The notes beneath the pieces are model-generated. The model was not told the DNA's origin. It did no database searches and worked only from the letters and a program-made list of their open reading frames with translations. A stretch of 25,315 bases of DNA. It comes from Welwitschia mirabilis (taxonomy: Eukaryota). Made by a program: the position numbers and the translations under genes. Below, piece by piece: positions 22,351-25,315 of this stretch; the first letter of the stretch is position 1; every line of letters starts with the position of its first letter. The stretch is taken from NCBI GenBank assembly GCA_051453625.1, contig JBOZIK010000001.1:32686562-32711876 (forward strand), in the 5' to 3' direction.

Positions 22351-23451
22351 TCTAGATTAAGGTTGAATGGGGGTTAATTTACATTATTAGGTTGGTAATT
22401 ATCTTGTAAATTATCTTGATTTTGATTACTTAGTGTAACTAACCTAGCTTCAAGATTTAATTGACGATGACGAGGCTTCTAAAAGAAGGGGAATATTTTA
22501 TGAGATTATATTTGAAAATAGGATAGATGTTATTAAAAGTTAAACTTAGAAATATTTTTATGATCTTAGAAAGGACATGGTTATTATTATGATGTGATGA
22601 GTCCTTATTTATATCTTAAAGCATATAATCAAGTTTATCCCCTTTTCTTTACTTTCAGACAAGTCTTACAAGTTATGAACATGGGTTTTCACTATAAAGT
22701 TATGTGATCATATAATATAGGATAAATAACTTGGTTGAATGTTTGATTACTTTAAAGGGTTTCTAATTATAAGGTATTATTTATGTATTTACATATTTTT
22801 TACAAAATGTTAAGCTCTTTAAGGAATTATATAACCTCATTAATCTAATTTATTAAGATAATTGGAATTCTTTTAAGTGATTATCATCTATAGCTATAAG
22901 GTAATAAAGTATTTAATGACTTGAATTCATCATTATTTTTAGTTTGTTTAGAGATTTAGAATTATCATAAATATGATTAGCATAATGATCATCTAGGAAC
23001 TAGGACTATAGATAACCTTATGAACACTTTGGAGCTATCATAAATATAATTGACTTCTAGGATTACTAAGGTGCTAAGATAATGACTAGTATAATCTTTA
23101 TAATTATTGGAATTAACATAAACATAATTTGGTATATATTTAGATAGTAGGAAAATTATAGCTATAACAAAATTTATGAGTATTAGAAGATATAATTAAA
23201 TTCATGCTTATCTAGAAGTTAAAGTTATTTTGGAATCTAGTATTATCAAGAATATAATTTATTTTATTCATGTTTTAAAATTATTAGGGATATAACTAAC
23301 TTTATAGCTATTAAGAGTTAAGGTTATTATGGTTGTAAATAACTTTACAATTATTAAAGAGAAAGGTTGTTAAAACTATAATTGGAGTTATAAGAATATA
23401 AGTTCTTAACATAAGTATTATTTAAGTTAATCTAGAGCTCTAATGTTGATT
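22351..23451 (-). mobile_element. Chromovirus copy C: gag 5' end, full leader and decayed PBS
   Basis: 22351-22862 is a clearly diverged (not identical) repeat of 21781-22291, and the whole segment aligns with ~17890-18990. The PBS position 23437-23448 reads gctctaatgttg vs gctctgatacca in copy A. Confidence 0.85.
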
Positions 23452-25315
23452 TATAATACCCTCTTTACTCTTATCCTAATTAAGTACATTTTTCACCCCT
23501 CTTCCTTTCTTTTTTAATATTTTTACCTAATAGACATAATGGAACATAGGACCAAATTCTACTTACTACTTTATTATAGTTTCTAAGAAAAACAAATCAT
23601 ACTAATATTATATATTTACCTAAAATTAATTTCTAGGTTATTTCGATTTACAAATAATAGTGATGTCATAAGTTTGTGTCCTTTATTTGTTCCTAGTTTT
23701 NNNNNNNNNNNNNNNNNNNNNNNNNNNNNNNNNNNNNNNNNNNNNNNNNNNNNNNNNNNNNNNNNNNNNNNNNNNNNNNNNNNNNNNNNNNNNNNNNNNN
23801 ACTTACTCCTTTATTACAATTTCTATATTCTAAAAAAGATAAATCATATTAATATTATATATTTACCTCTAATTAATTTCTAGGTGATTTTGGTTTATAA
23901 ACAATAAGGTTGTTATAAGTTTTTATTCTTTATTTATTCCTGGTTTTTCATTATATAAAAAATATCTTGTGTACAATTGAGAAGATGTAAATCTGTTGTC
24001 AACATACATGGATAAATTTTAAGGATCATAGATAACCAATATAATAGGAGGTTGTAAATCTAATTAATAGCATTCCAACTCAATATCTAACCACCCTCTA
24101 GATGTGAGTTGATTCTACTTAATGTTCTAAGCTATACAAATACGATTATATGTAATCCCATAGGCTTTCACTTCATCTTCATATACCCTCAATATAGGTA
24201 ACAGGTGGTTCATGAGGTAGATGCATGCTTACAAATGACCCCTACTTTCTTGAAACATCTTCAGATGGTAAAACATGATCCATCAATGTTAAGAGCTTGA
24301 GATATTAAGTCAAAGTAAGTTCATACATGGGTAAGATAGGAGNNNNNNNNNNNNNNNNNNNNNNNNNNNNNNNNNNNNNNNNNNNNNNNNNNNNNNNNNN
24401 NNNNNNNNNNNNNNNNNNNNNNNNNNNNNNNNNNNNNNNNNNGACCCTTACTTTCTTGAAGCATCTTCAGATGGTAAAACATGATCCATCAAGGTTAAGA
24501 GCTTGAGATATTAAGTCAAAGTAAGTTCATACATGGGTAGGATAGGAGAGTGATGGTTAAATCCACTTCTAGTAGGGTATTATAAAAAAGAAAATGTAAC
24601 ACAATTCACCTTTATGATGAAATCCAAATATGAGGATGAAAATTATTAGAATTATCTTGATTTAGTCCTATTTGATGAATACACCACACAAATGCATGGA
24701 AATAATGCTAACTAATGTGGATATTTAACAAATAATTTATATTTAATGAATTATTTACATAGTCATAATAATNNNNNNNNNNNNNNNNNNNNNNNNNNNN
24801 NNNNNNNNNNNNNNNNNNNNNNNNNNNNNNNNNNNNNNNNNNNNNNNNNNNNNNNNNNNNNNNNNNNNNNNNATACACCACACAAATGCATGGAAATAAT
24901 GCTAACTAATGTGGATATTTAACAAATTATTTATATTTAATGAATTATTTACCTAGTCATAATAATTATAATCATCATTTTTTTATAGAAACAACCATAA
25001 AAAGAAAGCAAGCATATAAGAACATTTCTATTTTTAAGGATATAATAATAAAACCTAGATAAAGGAAATATTCTTTTCTTTTTATCTAAATAAACTAAAT
25101 ATTCCTTTATTTTTCTTTTAATAATAATAAAAATATTAAAAATATATCAAATGACATCTTAATAATGTACTTCAAGAAACTAAAACATATCTGGAGATAT
25201 GCCAATGCTAGAAACATTCTTCCATGTCCATAAGACAATCTCCATGAATTGGTATAATGAAGATAAACGAAAGAAAGTATAGATCAATAATAATTGTTAA
25301 GATACAAGTATTTAT
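23452..25315 (-). repeat. 5' LTR sequence of the same chromovirus family (possibly two copies joined at gap 23701-23800); runs off the window
   Basis: Begins tataataccc right after the PBS remnant. 23970-25315 is colinear with 10700-11590. Confidence 0.88.

Larger units (their letters stand above)
2856..24872. other. Twelve scaffold gaps: 2856-3504, 4765-4864, 5644-5743, 10488-10699, 13981-14080, 14423-14432, 14738-14837, 19167-19266, 22292-22350, 23701-23800, 24343-24442, 24773-24872
   Basis: Runs of N. Eight are exactly 100 and one exactly 10 (placeholder sizes), and several have near-identical overlapping flanks. Confidence 0.99.

Noticed and set aside
24236..24970. ~100-bp duplications around gaps 24343-24442 and 24773-24872 (superficially repeat-spacer-repeat)
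   Set aside because: The spacers are Ns and the homologous LTR at 10441-13184 has single copies; not CRISPR or tandem repeat.
1..25315. Prokaryotic, phage or RIP-mutated fungal origin suggested by AT richness
   Set aside because: No bacterial gene density. Tekay-type chromovirus with Met PBS and Athila-type Asp PBS are plant lineages.

Overview
Very AT-rich (roughly a quarter GC by eye, CpG almost absent), gap-ridden eukaryotic DNA from plant repeat-rich heterochromatin. It contains no intact gene, and none of the ORFs in the supplied track is a credible functional CDS. From left to right the window holds: (1) a ~4.2 kb decayed minus-strand coding-like region of unrecognised family; (2) a decayed plus-strand LINE ORF2 (APE endonuclease + RT); (3) the 5' LTR, tRNA-Asp PBS and internally deleted gag of an Athila-like Ty3/gypsy element (+); (4) a near-complete but heavily mutated Tekay/Del-type chromovirus (-) inserted into it, with LTR, PPT, gag-PR-RT-RH-IN-chromodomain, tRNA-iMet PBS and LTR; (5) two or three more co-oriented, diverged pieces of the same family, separated by assembly gaps. 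Decay is dominated by C>T/G>A transitions in CpG and non-CpG contexts. Athila plus Tekay lineages point to a vascular or seed plant; a GC-poor gymnosperm such as Welwitschia would fit, but that is inference. The most unusual observations are a tRNA-shaped Pol III-type cassette inside the chromovirus LTR, a probable intron filling the leader between PBS and gag ATG, and the unassigned fossil ORF region at 1-4230. All motif calls come from manual translation; no searches were run.
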